Below are positions 50,774 through 60,071 of a stretch of 64,000 nucleotides of DNA, one piece after another. The position numbers and the translations under genes are program-made. The notes under the pieces are model-generated. The model saw nothing but the letters and a program-made list of their open reading frames with translations. It was not told the origin of the DNA and searched no databases. The first letter of the stretch is position 1, and each line of letters starts with the position of its first letter. Source of the DNA: a candidate division FCPU426 bacterium (GTDB lineage Bacteria; Oederibacteriota; JAJYGY01; DAIDJD01); contig DAIDJD010000092.1 of NCBI GenBank assembly GCA_027451505.1, forward strand, positions 17,588 to 81,587, read 5' to 3'.

Positions 50774-51351
50774 ACGAAGCCGAGGTCTTGGAGATCTTTC
50801 GGGGGTCCGGGGCCTACCTTGAGGGGCACTTCCTGCTGACGTCGGGGCGCCATTCGGCGGCCTATGTCGAGAAATTCATGGTCCTCCAGCAGCCCCGGCA
50901 TTGCGGGGCGCTGTGCGCGGCCCTGGCGGATGAGTTCCGGGACCTCGCGCCCACGGTGGTGGTGGGGCCCGCGGTGGGCGGCATCCTTCTGGCCTACGAA
51001 ACCGCCCGGGCCCTGGGGGTGCGCGGGATCTTCCTGGAGCGCGAGAACGGGCGGCTCGTCCTCAGGCGGGGTTTCGAGATCCTGCCCCAGGACCGCGTGC
51101 TGGTGGTTGAGGACGTGGTCACCACGGGCACCTCGGTGTTCGAGGTCCTCGGGGCCCTGGGCAGGGAGGTCTCGGAGGGGCGGGTGGTGGGCGTCGGCCA
51201 CCTGGTCGACCGCAGTTCTGGCTCCGTGGATTTCCGCGTGCCGCGACAGAGGGCGCTGCTGACCTTGGACCTTCCGTCTTGGGAGGCTTCCGAGTGCCCG
51301 CTGTGCCGCGAGGGGAAGCCGCTGACCAAGAGGGGAAGCCGTGCCTCCTGA
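50770..51351 (+). CDS. pyrE: orotate phosphoribosyltransferase
   Basis: PRPP-binding VLVVEDVVTTGTS; GTGA overlap with pyrF. Confidence 0.85.
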   Translation: MNEAEVLEIFRGSGAYLEGHFLLTSGRHSAAYVEKFMVLQQPRHCGALCAALADEFRDLAPTVVVGPAVGGILLAYETARALGVRGIFLERENGRLVLRRGFEILPQDRVLVVEDVVTTGTSVFEVLGALGREVSEGRVVGVGHLVDRSSGSVDFRVPRQRALLTLDLPSWEASECPLCREGKPLTKRGSRAS

Positions 51352-52654
51352 GGCGCGGCGGGCGGTCGCCGAGACCATCACCGTGGGCTCCGAACTGACC
51401 CGGGGCCTGAGCGTGGACACCCATTCCGCCCTCCTGGCCCGCGCGCTGGAAGGGGTCGGTTTCCCGGTCCGCTTCCAGGTCAGCGTCGGGGACGCCCTGG
51501 ACGACATCGCCTCCGCGCTGACCCAGGCGCTGGGGCGGGCCGACGTGGTCGTGGTCACCGGTGGACTGGGTCCGACCGTCGACGACCTTACCCGCGAGGC
51601 GGTGGCCAAGGCCACGGGCCGGGAGCTCTCCGAGGACCCGGCCCTGTGGGCCGCGATCCAGGAGCGCTTCCGCGCGGCCGGCCGGGCCCCCAGCCCGAAC
51701 AACCGCAGGCAGGCCTTCGTCGTGCAGGGGGCCGAGCCCCTGACCAATCCCCACGGCACGGCCCCGGGCATGCGCCTCGAACACGGGGGCCGCGTGGTCT
51801 TCGCCCTGCCCGGACCGGGGGTCGAACTCAAGGCCATGCTGGAGGAGACGGTGCTGCCGTTCCTCGAGGCCCGCCGAGGCGTCACGGTGGCCCGGCGCGT
51901 CCTCCAGGTGTACGGCCTCGGGGAAAGCGCCGTGGACGCGGCCCTCCAGGGGCTGGTCCCGGAAGGGGACACCGAAAGCCTCGCGCTCCTGGCCAAGACG
52001 GACCACGTCGAGGGCATCCTGAGCGCCACGCGGCCGATCGGGCCGGAGGCCCGCGCGGCCGTCGAGGCCCTTGAGAGCGCCGCCCTGGAGATCCTCGGGG
52101 AACGGGTCTACTCCATGGATGGTCGCAGCCTGTGCGAGGTGGTGGTGGGCCTGCTCCGCGAGCAGCGGCTCAATCTGGCCGTGGCGGAAAGCTGCACCGG
52201 AGGCGCGGTCGCCGCGCGGATCTGCTCCGTTCCCGGAGCCTCGGAGGTCTTCCTCGGTGGGATGGTCACCTATTCCGACGAATCCAAGCAGGCGCTTCTG
52301 GAGGTGCCATCCTTCGTCCTGGCCAAGGCCGGGGCGGTGAGCCGCGACACGGCCTTGGCCATGGCCGTCGGGTTGGCGCGCCGCCTGGACGCGGACTACA
52401 GCCTGGCCGTGACCGGTATCGCCGGACCCGGCGGCGGGAGCCCGGGCAAGCCGGTCGGCACGGTCCATTTCGCCCTCGCGGGCCCCGCCGGTGTCGCGCA
52501 CCAGACGGCCCATTTCCGGAATTCGGACCGCGCCGGGGTGCAGGCCCGGGCCGTCCAGGCGGCCCTGTGGATGGTGTACGCGAGCCTCGCGGGGCTGGAA
52601 CTTCCGCCCGAGGTCGAGGACCGGGGGGCGGCCCCCGTCCAGCCCGGGGCCTGA
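51341..52654 (+). CDS. cinA: CinA-like protein (MocF-type domain plus NMN deamidase PncC domain)
   Basis: N-terminal TITVGSELTRG...VVVTGGLGPTVDD; C-terminal CinA domain ...AESCTGG... Confidence 0.85.
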   Translation: MPPEARRAVAETITVGSELTRGLSVDTHSALLARALEGVGFPVRFQVSVGDALDDIASALTQALGRADVVVVTGGLGPTVDDLTREAVAKATGRELSEDPALWAAIQERFRAAGRAPSPNNRRQAFVVQGAEPLTNPHGTAPGMRLEHGGRVVFALPGPGVELKAMLEETVLPFLEARRGVTVARRVLQVYGLGESAVDAALQGLVPEGDTESLALLAKTDHVEGILSATRPIGPEARAAVEALESAALEILGERVYSMDGRSLCEVVVGLLREQRLNLAVAESCTGGAVAARICSVPGASEVFLGGMVTYSDESKQALLEVPSFVLAKAGAVSRDTALAMAVGLARRLDADYSLAVTGIAGPGGGSPGKPVGTVHFALAGPAGVAHQTAHFRNSDRAGVQARAVQAALWMVYASLAGLELPPEVEDRGAAPVQPGA

Positions 52655-52659
52655 ACCCG

Positions 52660-53238
52660 GTGCCCGCGGCGGACGCGCGGCTGTTCCTCGCGGTCCCGCC
52701 GGGGCTCCGGGAGCGCCGCGCTTTGGCCGCGGCCCGGGACGCGCTTCCCCGGGGCCCGTGGATCCTGGATCCCGTGGCCGACGCGGATTTTCATCTCACC
52801 GTGCATTTCCTGGGGGCGACCCCGCTGCGTTTGGTGGACGACCTTAGGAGGGAACTGGGCGCGGTGTGCCACGCGCGCCGCCGTTTCGACCTGCGCCTGG
52901 GCCGTGTCCGGGCCTTCCCGGACGCCGGCGATCCCCGGGTGGTGTGCATCGGGATCGAGGACCCCGGGGGCCGGTTCGAGGAACTCCGGGCGGCGACGGG
53001 ACGGGTGCTGAGGGCGTACGGGATTCCGGGGACGGGGCGGGAGGTGGAGCCCCACGTGACCCTGGCCCGCGTGGAGAGGCCGGACCCGGGCCGGAGCCCG
53101 GGGGCCCCCTTGGCGGCGGCCCCGGGGGCGGGAGGCAGGGAGGGGTTCGGGGTGGAGGCGTTGGCCTTGATGAGGTCGCGGCCCGAGGCGGAGGGGCCCC
53201 CGCGCTATGAGGCCCTCGCCGTCTTGCCGTTGTCCTGA
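52660..53238 (+). CDS. thpR: RNA 2',3'-cyclic phosphodiesterase (2H phosphoesterase, ThpR/LigT)
   Basis: two H-x-T-x motifs, FHLTVHF and PHVTLAR. Confidence 0.75.
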   Translation: MPAADARLFLAVPPGLRERRALAAARDALPRGPWILDPVADADFHLTVHFLGATPLRLVDDLRRELGAVCHARRRFDLRLGRVRAFPDAGDPRVVCIGIEDPGGRFEELRAATGRVLRAYGIPGTGREVEPHVTLARVERPDPGRSPGAPLAAAPGAGGREGFGVEALALMRSRPEAEGPPRYEALAVLPLS

Positions 53239-53249
53239 GGACGGACCCG

Positions 53250-55073
53250 CTACTGCAGCGCCGCGGCGAAGAAGCGGCCGGCGATGGGCGCGGCCACGCT
53301 CATGCCGGTTCCCTCCCGGTCGCAGAACACCGCCACGGCCAGCTTGGGGTGGTCGGCGGGGGCGAAGCCGATGAACCAAGCGTCCAGGGCCGCGTGCGGA
53401 TGGGTGCGGGAGGTGCCGGTCTTGCCGGCGATGAGGATGCCCTCGACGCGCGCGCGTTTGCCGATGCCGTCCCCGCCTTCGACGGTGTCCTCCATGACCC
53501 GGGTCACCCGGGCCGCGGTCCCGGCGCGCATCACGCGGTCCTCCACGACCGGTTGGTCCTGGTACAGGATTTCACCCACCGGCCCGCGCACCGACTTGAC
53601 GATCTGGGGCTTGAGCAGGACCCCGCCGTCGGCGATCACCAAGGCCATCCGGGCCGCCTGCAGGGGGCTCACGCGGAACCCCTTGCCCAGCCCGCAGGAA
53701 AGGTTGGCCAAGTCGAACTGGTCGTCGGCCTCCTGGGGGGTGTAGGGGCGCGCGGCGCGGATATCGACGCGGCGACCGTCGGCCAAGTCGAAGCCCAAGT
53801 CCATGTCGCGGTTGAAGCCGAACAGGTTGATCATCCTGAGCAGGGCGTCCGGACCCATGGCCTCGGCCACCCGGTACAGCGCGATGTTGGAGCTCACGGC
53901 CATGGCCTGTTTGAGGCTGCCGATCTCGCCGTGGTACTCCCAGTCGCGGAAGATCTTGCCGTCCAAGGAGATGGCGGTCGGGGGGGTCATGGGGAAGAGC
54001 TTGGCCATATCCACGCCCGTCTCGAGGGCCGCGGCGGCGGTCATGATCTTGGCGATGGACCCGGGCTCGAAAAGGCCGTCCAGGGCGCGGTCCTGCAGGG
54101 GCTGGTTGGGGTCGTCCCGCAGGCGGCCCCACTGCCGGTCCACCTTCTCGGGCAGGAAGCTGGGCTGGCTCACGGCGCACAGCACCTCCCCCGTGGACAC
54201 GTCGAGGGCGACGATGGCCCCCTTGCGCCAGCCCAGCGCCTGGCTGGCCGCCTCCTGGAGGCGGGCGTCGAGCGTGAGTTGGACCTGGTCGGCGGGGAAG
54301 AGGGGCTTCAAGTCGCGCTCCAGGCCCGCATCGCCCCTTTTCTGGCTCAGGTATCCGATGACATGGGCCGTGAGCTGGGCGCGCGGGTATCCCACCGCGC
54401 CCAGGGTGTCGCCCGAGACGTCCTGGCGCGCCAGGGGCTCGCCGTTGCGGTCGATGATGCTGAAGAGGCTGCCCCGGGAGAGGGCGTCCTCGGCGATCCT
54501 CGCGCCGTTCTGGGCCTCGGTCAGGCCCGGATCGCCGGCCAGGGCCCGCTTGAAGTCGGCGTCGGCGCTGGCCACATGGCCCTGGGCCATGGCGCAGGCG
54601 CCTTCCCCGGCGCTCGCTTGGGGAAGTCCTGGGGAGAGCGCGATGGCCTGGTCGAATTCGGCGTGCGCCTCGTCCCAATCGCCGCGGTCGAGGTAGCGGT
54701 TGCCCTCGTCGCAGTGGGCCCGGGCGTAGGAAGCCCCCAGGCCCAGGCTGCGGGCCCGGGCGTACGCGGCCGCCGCGTCGGCCGGGCGGTCCAGGCGGTC
54801 CAGCGCCAAGCCCAGGGCGTCCTGGACCTGGGCGCTGGTGGGGTGGTCCGCCGCCAGGGCGTTGAGGCGGTCGAGCGCCTCCTCGGCGCGCCCGCTCTGG
54901 GCCAACCCCAGGGCGCGGTGGACCCGCGCGGGCAAACCGAATCCGAAGCGCCAAGCCACCCATAGCGCCAGGAGCGCCGCGGCGACGGTCATCAGCAGGG
55001 AGGCGACGGGCGGTCCTTGGCGCCGGCGGGAAGGTCGGCTCGAGGCGGGGGTCTTCAGGGGGGAGAGGGGCAT
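53250..55073 (-). CDS. class B penicillin-binding protein (FtsI/PBP2-type transpeptidase) with an N-terminal membrane anchor plus TPR repeats
   Basis: SxxK (GSIAKIM), SSN, KTGT motifs; upstream TPR-like repeats (YARAHCDEGNRYLDRGDWDEAHAEFDQAIAL); RBS AAGGAA before ATG at 55073. Confidence 0.8.
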   Translation of the reverse strand: MPLSPLKTPASSRPSRRRQGPPVASLLMTVAAALLALWVAWRFGFGLPARVHRALGLAQSGRAEEALDRLNALAADHPTSAQVQDALGLALDRLDRPADAAAAYARARSLGLGASYARAHCDEGNRYLDRGDWDEAHAEFDQAIALSPGLPQASAGEGACAMAQGHVASADADFKRALAGDPGLTEAQNGARIAEDALSRGSLFSIIDRNGEPLARQDVSGDTLGAVGYPRAQLTAHVIGYLSQKRGDAGLERDLKPLFPADQVQLTLDARLQEAASQALGWRKGAIVALDVSTGEVLCAVSQPSFLPEKVDRQWGRLRDDPNQPLQDRALDGLFEPGSIAKIMTAAAALETGVDMAKLFPMTPPTAISLDGKIFRDWEYHGEIGSLKQAMAVSSNIALYRVAEAMGPDALLRMINLFGFNRDMDLGFDLADGRRVDIRAARPYTPQEADDQFDLANLSCGLGKGFRVSPLQAARMALVIADGGVLLKPQIVKSVRGPVGEILYQDQPVVEDRVMRAGTAARVTRVMEDTVEGGDGIGKRARVEGILIAGKTGTSRTHPHAALDAWFIGFAPADHPKLAVAVFCDREGTGMSVAAPIAGRFFAAALQ

Positions 55074-55362
55074 GGAATTCCTTGGAATCGGAGGGGACCA
55101 TGGCGGCCGGCCGAAGGCGCATTTTAACAGAGCGGGCCCCCAGGTCAACAAACGCCGGAGCCCCGGCCGCGGCGTCGACCGTCGGTGGCCCGGGAGGCCC
55201 ACCTTGCGCCGCGGGGGCGTCCCGGGGCCGGTTCACGCCACCGCCTTGTGTTCTCCTTCGGTTTGGTCTATCGTTTCCACGGAATACCCGCCCCGCTCAA
55301 GGCCCAGGCGCACCGTCGGCCCGGGAGTTGGGGGCCCCACCTTTACTCACGTAGGAGCCGAC

Positions 55363-55410
55363 ATGGCCCGTTCCCGTCAAAAGCGCAAGACCGTCAACAA
55401 GAAGAAGTAG
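55363..55410 (+). CDS. candidate 15-aa highly basic small ORF (MARSRQKRKTVNKKK)
   Basis: strong RBS AGGAG 6 nt upstream; stop codon 2 nt before the ATG of the next gene; no homology claim. Confidence 0.15.
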   Translation: MARSRQKRKTVNKKK

Positions 55411-55412
55411 CC

Positions 55413-56093
55413 ATGAACCCCGGCCCGAACCCTACCAACCCTCGGCCCGGCTCGGCGCCGGTCCTTGTTCTCGCCCTGGCGGCCGCGGCGTTGGGCTTGG
55501 CCGCCTGCGGCACCGGCGTTCGCCAGAGCCCGGCCGCCTCCGAGGACACCGGCACCGTGCGCGCCGTCCAGGCCGCGAACTCCACGTACACCACCCGCTC
55601 CGGGGACACGCCTGTGTCGGTGGCCGCGCGTCCCGACGTGTATTCCGACCCGGAACTGTGGCCCCTGCTCAAGGAGGCCAACGCCGAGGTGCTCAAGGGC
55701 ATCTCCCCCTATGGTCCCATCCCGGCGGACACGGTCCTGGTGATCCCCCGCGGGGTGTCCCAGGAGCGCCTGGAGGCCGCCCGCGCCGAGGCCCGCAGGG
55801 TCGCCTTCGAACGCAAGCGCAAGGGGGAAGTCCGGCGGCCCACGGCTGAAGCCGCCCCGCTTTCACCGACGGTGTCCGCGGCCCAGGCGTCCCCGGTCGC
55901 GTCCGCGGCGTCCCCATCCGCAGCGCACGCGGCGGCATCCACCACGGGAGCCGCCTCCCCGGCCTCACCGACGACGAAGGCCAAGGCCGCTGGACGCGGC
56001 CTGCCCCTCACCCTGCTCATCGTGTTGGTGTTGGCCGCCCTCGCGGCGGTGCTGGTGGTGTTCTTCAGGCGGGATCGCAAGGACTTCGACTGA
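55413..56093 (+). CDS. LysM-domain lipoprotein with C-terminal membrane anchor
   Basis: lipobox LAAC; LysM segment YTTRSGDTPVSVA...VLVIP; Ala/Ser/Pro-rich linker; C-terminal hydrophobic helix. Confidence 0.6.
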   Translation: MNPGPNPTNPRPGSAPVLVLALAAAALGLAACGTGVRQSPAASEDTGTVRAVQAANSTYTTRSGDTPVSVAARPDVYSDPELWPLLKEANAEVLKGISPYGPIPADTVLVIPRGVSQERLEAARAEARRVAFERKRKGEVRRPTAEAAPLSPTVSAAQASPVASAASPSAAHAAASTTGAASPASPTTKAKAAGRGLPLTLLIVLVLAALAAVLVVFFRRDRKDFD

Positions 56094-56123
56094 GGCGGCG
56101 CGAGCCGTCTCGCGTCCCGGGTC

Positions 56124-57656
56124 ATGTCCTCGCTCTCGCCTAATCTTCAACTCCGGCAGCAGCAGCGGTTGGTGATGACGCCGCAGCTCAAGCAGGCGTT
56201 GAAGATCCTCCAGCTCAACACCGGCGAGCTGGGCGACCTCATCGAGAACGAACTGGCCGAAAACCCGATGCTGGAGGAGATCGGATCCGAGGCCGAAGCG
56301 GCCGAGGCGGGGCCGTCCTCGGAATCCGAATCCGGATCGGCGGGCGAGGCCGACGAGGCGTCCCGGGCGGCTTCGCCCGAATCCGAGGCCGCCCCCGAGG
56401 GGCCGGTGGAGGCCCCGGTCGAGGCCACCCGGGAACTGGAATTGGAGGGGCCCGGGGCCGAACTCGACGACTGGGCCCAGTACCTCGATGACGACGGCAC
56501 CGACTACAGTTTGGCCCGTTCCGAGCGCGAGGACGGCGAAGAAAAGCCCGGATTCGAGAGCTTCCTTTCCCGGGCCGAGACCCTCCAGGAACACCTGTTG
56601 CGGCAGCTCGAGTCCGAGGAACTCCCCCCCGAGCAGCGGAGACTGTGCGAGGAGATCATCGGTCGGGTCGACGAGCGGGGCTACCTTGACGAGGGCCTCG
56701 AGGGGATAGGGCGCGACTGCGGCGCCGGGGCGCCCGAGCTGTTCCATGCCTTGCGCCGTGTCCAGTCCCTGGACCCTCCGGGGGTCGCCGCCCGGGACCT
56801 GCGCGAGTGCCTCCTGCTCCAACTTGAGGCTCTGGGTGCCAAGGGCGGGGCCGCGTGGGACGCGTTGGAAAGCCATTACGACGATGTGGTGCACCGGCGC
56901 TGGGACCGCGTCGCCAAGGCGTTGCGGCTCGATCCCGGGGAGGCGGCCCGGGCCGAGGCCCTGGTCGCTTCCCTGGAGCCCATACCCGGCCGGCCCTACG
57001 GGGGGGCCCCCAACGCGGGGGTGCGGGTGGACGCGGTGGTGGAGAAGGATCCGCTCACCGGCTCCTACCGGGTGGTCATCGCCGATGGCGGCCTGCCCCG
57101 CCTCGGCTTCAACGCCTACTACCGCCGCCTGATCAAATCCGGCGGGGCCTCGTTGGCCGATCCCGAGACCCGGGCCTGGCTCAAGGACCGCCAGCAGTCC
57201 GCGTTGTGGCTCATGCGCGGCATCCAGCAGCGCCACCGCACGCTGCGTCGGGTTTTGGAGGAAATCGTCCAGGAACAGAAGGGCTTCCTGGACAGCGGCC
57301 CGGCGGCGTTCCGTCCGCTGACGCTCAAGGACATCGCCGGCCGCACGGGCCTGCACGAAAGCACCATCTCCAGGGTTTGCACCGGGAAGTACGTGCAGAC
57401 GCCCCGCGGGGTCTTCGAACTCAAGTTTTTTTTCGCCTCCTCCCTGCGCACGGACGACGGCGAGACCAGCTCCCGCGCGGTCAAGGACCGGCTGCGGGAG
57501 CTCATCGGCGAGGAGGACGAGGGCCAGGCGGTGCGGTCGGACCTGGAATTGGCCGGGATCCTGAGCCAAGAGGGTGTGCGCATCGCCCGGCGCACGGTGG
57601 CCAAATATCGCGAGGAGTTGCGCATCCCCCCGGCCCATTTGCGTCGCAAAAGCTGA
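56124..57656 (+). CDS. rpoN: RNA polymerase sigma-54 factor
   Basis: region I LQLRQQQRLVMTPQLKQALKILQL; C-terminal RpoN box ARRTVAKYRE. Confidence 0.95.
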   Translation: MSSLSPNLQLRQQQRLVMTPQLKQALKILQLNTGELGDLIENELAENPMLEEIGSEAEAAEAGPSSESESGSAGEADEASRAASPESEAAPEGPVEAPVEATRELELEGPGAELDDWAQYLDDDGTDYSLARSEREDGEEKPGFESFLSRAETLQEHLLRQLESEELPPEQRRLCEEIIGRVDERGYLDEGLEGIGRDCGAGAPELFHALRRVQSLDPPGVAARDLRECLLLQLEALGAKGGAAWDALESHYDDVVHRRWDRVAKALRLDPGEAARAEALVASLEPIPGRPYGGAPNAGVRVDAVVEKDPLTGSYRVVIADGGLPRLGFNAYYRRLIKSGGASLADPETRAWLKDRQQSALWLMRGIQQRHRTLRRVLEEIVQEQKGFLDSGPAAFRPLTLKDIAGRTGLHESTISRVCTGKYVQTPRGVFELKFFFASSLRTDDGETSSRAVKDRLRELIGEEDEGQAVRSDLELAGILSQEGVRIARRTVAKYREELRIPPAHLRRKS

Positions 57657-57688
57657 GCCCTTCGCTCGCCCGCGCCGGCGGCACCCAA

Positions 57689-57770
57689 TTGACAGTGCCC
57701 GGGTTCCCGTGGTAGTTTCGCTTAGGGAAAAATCAATAAAATCAAGGCTTTTCATAAAAGTCGGGAACCC
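57689..57770 (+). promoter_or_regulatory. candidate internal promoter (TTGACA-N18-TAGTTT) flanked by 9-bp inverted repeat GGGTTCCCG...CGGGAACCC around an AT-rich tract upstream of hpf
   Basis: TTGACA at 57689-57694; IR arms at 57701-57709 and 57762-57770. Confidence 0.25.
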
Positions 57771-57783
57771 ACGGGGAGGCGCC

Positions 57784-58323
57784 ATGCAGATCCAGATCGC
57801 CGGGCAGCACGTCGAGGTGACGCCCGGTTTGCGCCAGTTCATCGCGGCCAAATTTGAGCGGCTCGGGGACATGCATCCCAGCGCGCGCAAGGCGGCCGTG
57901 GTGCTATCGGTGGAGAAGTACCGGCACACCGCCGAAATCCACCTCCACGTCGACGGCGTGGAATTGAGCGCCAAAAAGACCACCAAGGACATGTACGCCA
58001 GCCTGGAACAGGCCTTGGAGGCGATCGAGCAGCAGGCCGACAAGCGCAAGGACCGGCTGCGCACCAGCGGCAGCCTGCGGCGGGGCAAAGCCAAGGTCGA
58101 GCGCCTGCGGGCCCGGGGCGGGGCGGCCGACGCGGAGACGGCGCCTCCCCCCAAAGTGGCGCGCCTGCGGCCCTCGACGCCCCGTTCCCTGACCCTGGAG
58201 GAGGCCGTGGAGGCCCTGGAGGCTTCGGGCAACGGGTTCGTGCTGTTCAAGGAGCCCGGACGTTCCGGGACCCGCCTGCTCGTCCGGCGCCCGGACGCGA
58301 GCTACGCGCTCACCGAGGTCTGA
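57784..58323 (+). CDS. hpf: ribosome hibernation promoting factor (long form)
   Basis: MQIQIAGQHVEVTPGLRQFI...; C-terminal dimerisation extension; canonical position after rpoN. Confidence 0.9.
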   Translation: MQIQIAGQHVEVTPGLRQFIAAKFERLGDMHPSARKAAVVLSVEKYRHTAEIHLHVDGVELSAKKTTKDMYASLEQALEAIEQQADKRKDRLRTSGSLRRGKAKVERLRARGGAADAETAPPPKVARLRPSTPRSLTLEEAVEALEASGNGFVLFKEPGRSGTRLLVRRPDASYALTEV

Positions 58324-58333
58324 GGAGGCGGGA

Positions 58334-58798
58334 ATGCGTATCTCGGAATTCCTGGTCCCGGAGGCGGTGCTGGTCGACCTTAAGGCGACCAACAAGCGGG
58401 ACGTGCTCATCGAACTGCTCCAGCCCCTTGCCAAGGCCGGCCGCATCGCCGACGCCAAAAAAATGGTGGAGGTGCTCCTTGAGCGCGAGGAGCTGGGTTC
58501 CACGGGGATCGGCGGACGCATCGCCATCCCCCACGGCAAGGCGGCCCAGGTCCGGGAACTCTCGGCCGGCCTGGGCGTCTCCCGCGCCGGGATCCCGTTC
58601 GACGCGCTGGATGGGGAACCGGTGAACCTCTTCATCGCCCTGGTGGCCCCGGAGGGGTCGGCGGGCCTGCACCTTAAGGCCCTGGCCCGCGTCTCCAGCC
58701 TGCTCAAGGATCGGGCCTTCAAGAAGGCCTTGATGGGCGCCCAGACCCGCGAGGACGTTTTGCGCCTCATCGAGGCCGAAGAGAAGGACAAGGGCTAG
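58334..58798 (+). CDS. ptsN: PTS EIIA-Ntr (fructose/mannitol-type IIA)
   Basis: phosphorylatable His context RIAIPHGK; 154 aa; canonical position after hpf. Confidence 0.85.
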   Translation: MRISEFLVPEAVLVDLKATNKRDVLIELLQPLAKAGRIADAKKMVEVLLEREELGSTGIGGRIAIPHGKAAQVRELSAGLGVSRAGIPFDALDGEPVNLFIALVAPEGSAGLHLKALARVSSLLKDRAFKKALMGAQTREDVLRLIEAEEKDKG

Positions 58799-58802
58799 CC
58801 GC

Positions 58803-60071
58803 GTGCGCCTGCGCGTTCCCAGCGGCCCGGGCATCAAACGCTGGCTTTCGCTGCTGGTCCTGAGCATCCTGGTCCTGGCCTTCGCCCTCAGCGGCATGAT
58901 GGGCAGGATCTTCGCCGGATGGCGGGTGAACGTCGTCTCCCCGGTCACGCTGCGGCGGTGGACGCGCCAGGTCCAGAGCCTGCGTTTCGTGGACTACGCC
59001 CTCGCCATGACGGCGGTGTGGGGCATCACCCTGGCCCTGCGGCGCCTCTATTTCAACGTGCTGGCCTTCGCCGCGCGTGAACCCCAGGCGGCGAGCGCCC
59101 CGGCCCTCAGGGCCCGCCGGGCCCGGGGCCCGCGGGTGGTGGCCATCGGCGGCGGAACCGGGCTGCCCAACCTGCTCAGCGGACTGAAGGCCTACACGGA
59201 CCGGCTCACCGCCGTGGTGACGGTGGCCGATGACGGCGGCTCCTCGGGGCGCCTGCGCCGCGACCTGCGCATCCTCCCCCCGGGGGACCTGCGCAATTGC
59301 CTGGTGGCGCTGGCCGAGACCGAGCCGCTCATGGCGAGGCTCTTCCAGCACCGCTTCACGCGCCAGGGGGCCCTGGCCGGGCACAGCTTCGGCAACCTGT
59401 TCATCGCCGCGCTCACCGAGGTCACGGGCGATTTCGGCGAGGCGGTCCGGGCCAGCAGCAAGGTCCTGGCGGTCAGCGGGCAGGTGCTGCCGGTCACGTT
59501 GGAGGATGTGCGCCTCGTGGCCACTTTGGCGGACGGACGCGTCATCTCCGGCGAGAGCCGCATCACCTCGGCCGGCGGCGTCATCCGCAGGCTGGTGCTG
59601 GAGCCCGCCGGGGCGAGGCCGAACGTGGAGGTGCTCCAGGCGATCGCCCGAGCCGACGCCATCGTCCTTGGGCCGGGCAGCCTCTACACCAGCATCCTGC
59701 CCAACCTGCTGCTCGAACCTGTGGCGCGGGCGGTCGAACGCAGCGGCGCCCTGAAGATCTACGCCTGCAACGTCATGACCCAGCCCGGCGAAACGGACGG
59801 CCTGCCCGTCTCGGGGCACCTCAAGGCGCTGAAGGAGCATACGCGTTTGGCGCTGGTCGACACGGTGTTGGCCAACACCGAGCAACCCAGCGATGAAATC
59901 CTGGAGCGCTACGCCCGCCAGGGCCAGCACCCGGTCGCGGTGGACCGCGACGCCATCGAGGCGCTGGGGGTCCGCCTGGTCAAGGCCCGCCTGCTGGAGG
60001 CCCGGGACGGCCTCATCCGGCACCATCCCGGACGCCTGGCCCGCGCCGTCATCCGCTTGATCGTCCTATGA
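58803..60071 (+). CDS. YvcK/CofD-family (UPF0052, gluconeogenesis factor-like) protein with an extra N-terminal transmembrane segment
   Basis: VVAIGGGTGLPNLLSGLK...VVTVADDGGSSGRLR...LFQHRF...GHSFGNLF is near-colinear with B. subtilis YvcK; about 60-aa hydrophobic N-terminal extension. Confidence 0.75.
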   Translation: MRLRVPSGPGIKRWLSLLVLSILVLAFALSGMMGRIFAGWRVNVVSPVTLRRWTRQVQSLRFVDYALAMTAVWGITLALRRLYFNVLAFAAREPQAASAPALRARRARGPRVVAIGGGTGLPNLLSGLKAYTDRLTAVVTVADDGGSSGRLRRDLRILPPGDLRNCLVALAETEPLMARLFQHRFTRQGALAGHSFGNLFIAALTEVTGDFGEAVRASSKVLAVSGQVLPVTLEDVRLVATLADGRVISGESRITSAGGVIRRLVLEPAGARPNVEVLQAIARADAIVLGPGSLYTSILPNLLLEPVARAVERSGALKIYACNVMTQPGETDGLPVSGHLKALKEHTRLALVDTVLANTEQPSDEILERYARQGQHPVAVDRDAIEALGVRLVKARLLEARDGLIRHHPGRLARAVIRLIVL

